The notes beneath the pieces are model-generated. The model was not told the origin of the DNA. It saw only the letters and a program-made list of their open reading frames with translations, and did not search any database. A stretch of 32,000 bases of DNA from Xanthomonas campestris pv. campestris str. ATCC 33913 (GTDB lineage Bacteria > Pseudomonadota > Gammaproteobacteria > Xanthomonadales > Xanthomonadaceae). The stretch is taken from contig NC_003902.1 in the NCBI RefSeq assembly GCF_000007145.1, forward strand, positions 2,456,497 to 2,488,496. The letters are read 5' to 3'. Position numbers and translations under genes: made by a program. Shown piece after piece: positions 31,596 through 32,000 of the stretch (its first letter is position 1; each line of letters opens with the position of its first letter).

Positions 31596-32000
31596 GCACC
31601 AAGTGTCATCGGCGACAGCGGCACGGCGCTAAAGGATGGCCATCCCATCGCCCGCATCCAGGCACGCAAAAACGCGATCCAGCGCAGCAGCCAGCGCAGG
31701 TTGTAGCCGGCGGCGCAGCCGAGTACGTGCAGCGCATCGCCTTGTGCACCTTTCAGCCTGCAGCGACGCAACCTGCAGTCGTCTTTCAGATGTCCGATCA
31801 CCGGTTCCACCGCCTGCCGTCGTTTGATCCAGCGCCATTGCCGTCGCGTCAGCGTCTTGGCCTTGCCACGATGGAGCACCTGCACGCCATCGACCTCGCG
31901 CCCGCGATAGCCCAGGTCCACGATCGCCACCGTCGGTTCTACGCTCAGATCCTGCAGCAACCCGCGTGTCTGCTCCAGCTGCTCGGCCAAGGTGTCGCCG
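31592..32000 (-). mobile_element. IS5-family insertion sequence, transposase C-terminal part (continues beyond the right edge)
   Basis: DDE_Tnp_1-type C-terminus: VDLGYRG...RRQAVEPVIGHLKDDCRLRRCRLKGAQGDALHVLGCAAGYNLRWLLRWI. The ORF ends at 31592 exactly where methyltransferase homology begins. Confidence 0.8.

Noticed and set aside
1-32000. CRISPR arrays, rRNA genes, retron or other structured ncRNA loci, integrase genes.
   Set aside because: None were seen. There are no regularly spaced direct repeats and no rRNA-like segments. The only RNA genes are tRNA-Leu and the tRNA-Gly 3-prime remnant. No tyrosine or serine recombinase ORF lies in the window; the expected integrase would be beyond the right edge.

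Overview
High-GC (about 65-70%) gammaproteobacterial chromosome, almost certainly Xanthomonas; the avrBs1 and xopH effector genes point to X. campestris. It divides into two parts.

(1) nt 1-9030 is ordinary core genome. It holds the RNase E C-terminal tail, a GacA/UvrY-type response regulator, TrhO/YceA rhodanese, a small membrane protein, an FKBP lipoprotein, a BaiN/HI0933-type flavoprotein, a nucleotide-sugar dehydrogenase, tRNA-Leu(UAA) and HemN. A perfect FNR-type box lies upstream of hemN.

(2) nt ~9240-32000 is a heavily rearranged accessory island. It opens with an 18-nt tRNA-Gly 3-prime-end remnant plus that gene's terminator, which looks like an att scar of a clc/PAGI-2-type integrative element. 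Behind it, in order:
- decayed IS and ICE fragments;
- two copies plus one solo end of a ~90-bp MITE;
- a pair of inward-facing Tn3-family-type GGGG inverted repeats bracketing ~13 kb. This block carries an avidin-family gene, a tannase/feruloyl esterase, a frameshifted XRE/HipB-like gene, a 2,200-aa helicase-nuclease, a low-GC 555-aa ORF, and truncated IS3 and Tn3 transposase genes;
- the low-GC xopH-avrBs1 type III effector pair;
- a minus-strand operon of MmeI-like methyltransferase/TRD, SF2 helicase, T5orf172/GIY-YIG protein and an unknown protein, whose methyltransferase is cut off by an IS5-family element at the window edge.

The helicase-nuclease has DUF4011-like, SF1 helicase, Vsr/DUF559-like and DUF3320-like regions (Hhe-like) and is preceded by C10 and G9 tracts. 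The ORF after it may be TIGR04141/DUF6119-like.

The best candidates for an undescribed system are the helicase-nuclease plus low-GC partner pair (13.3-21.7 kb) and the split, Type ISP-like methyltransferase-helicase-GIY-YIG-unknown operon (26.3-31.6 kb). All family assignments come from motif reading and recollection; no searches were run.
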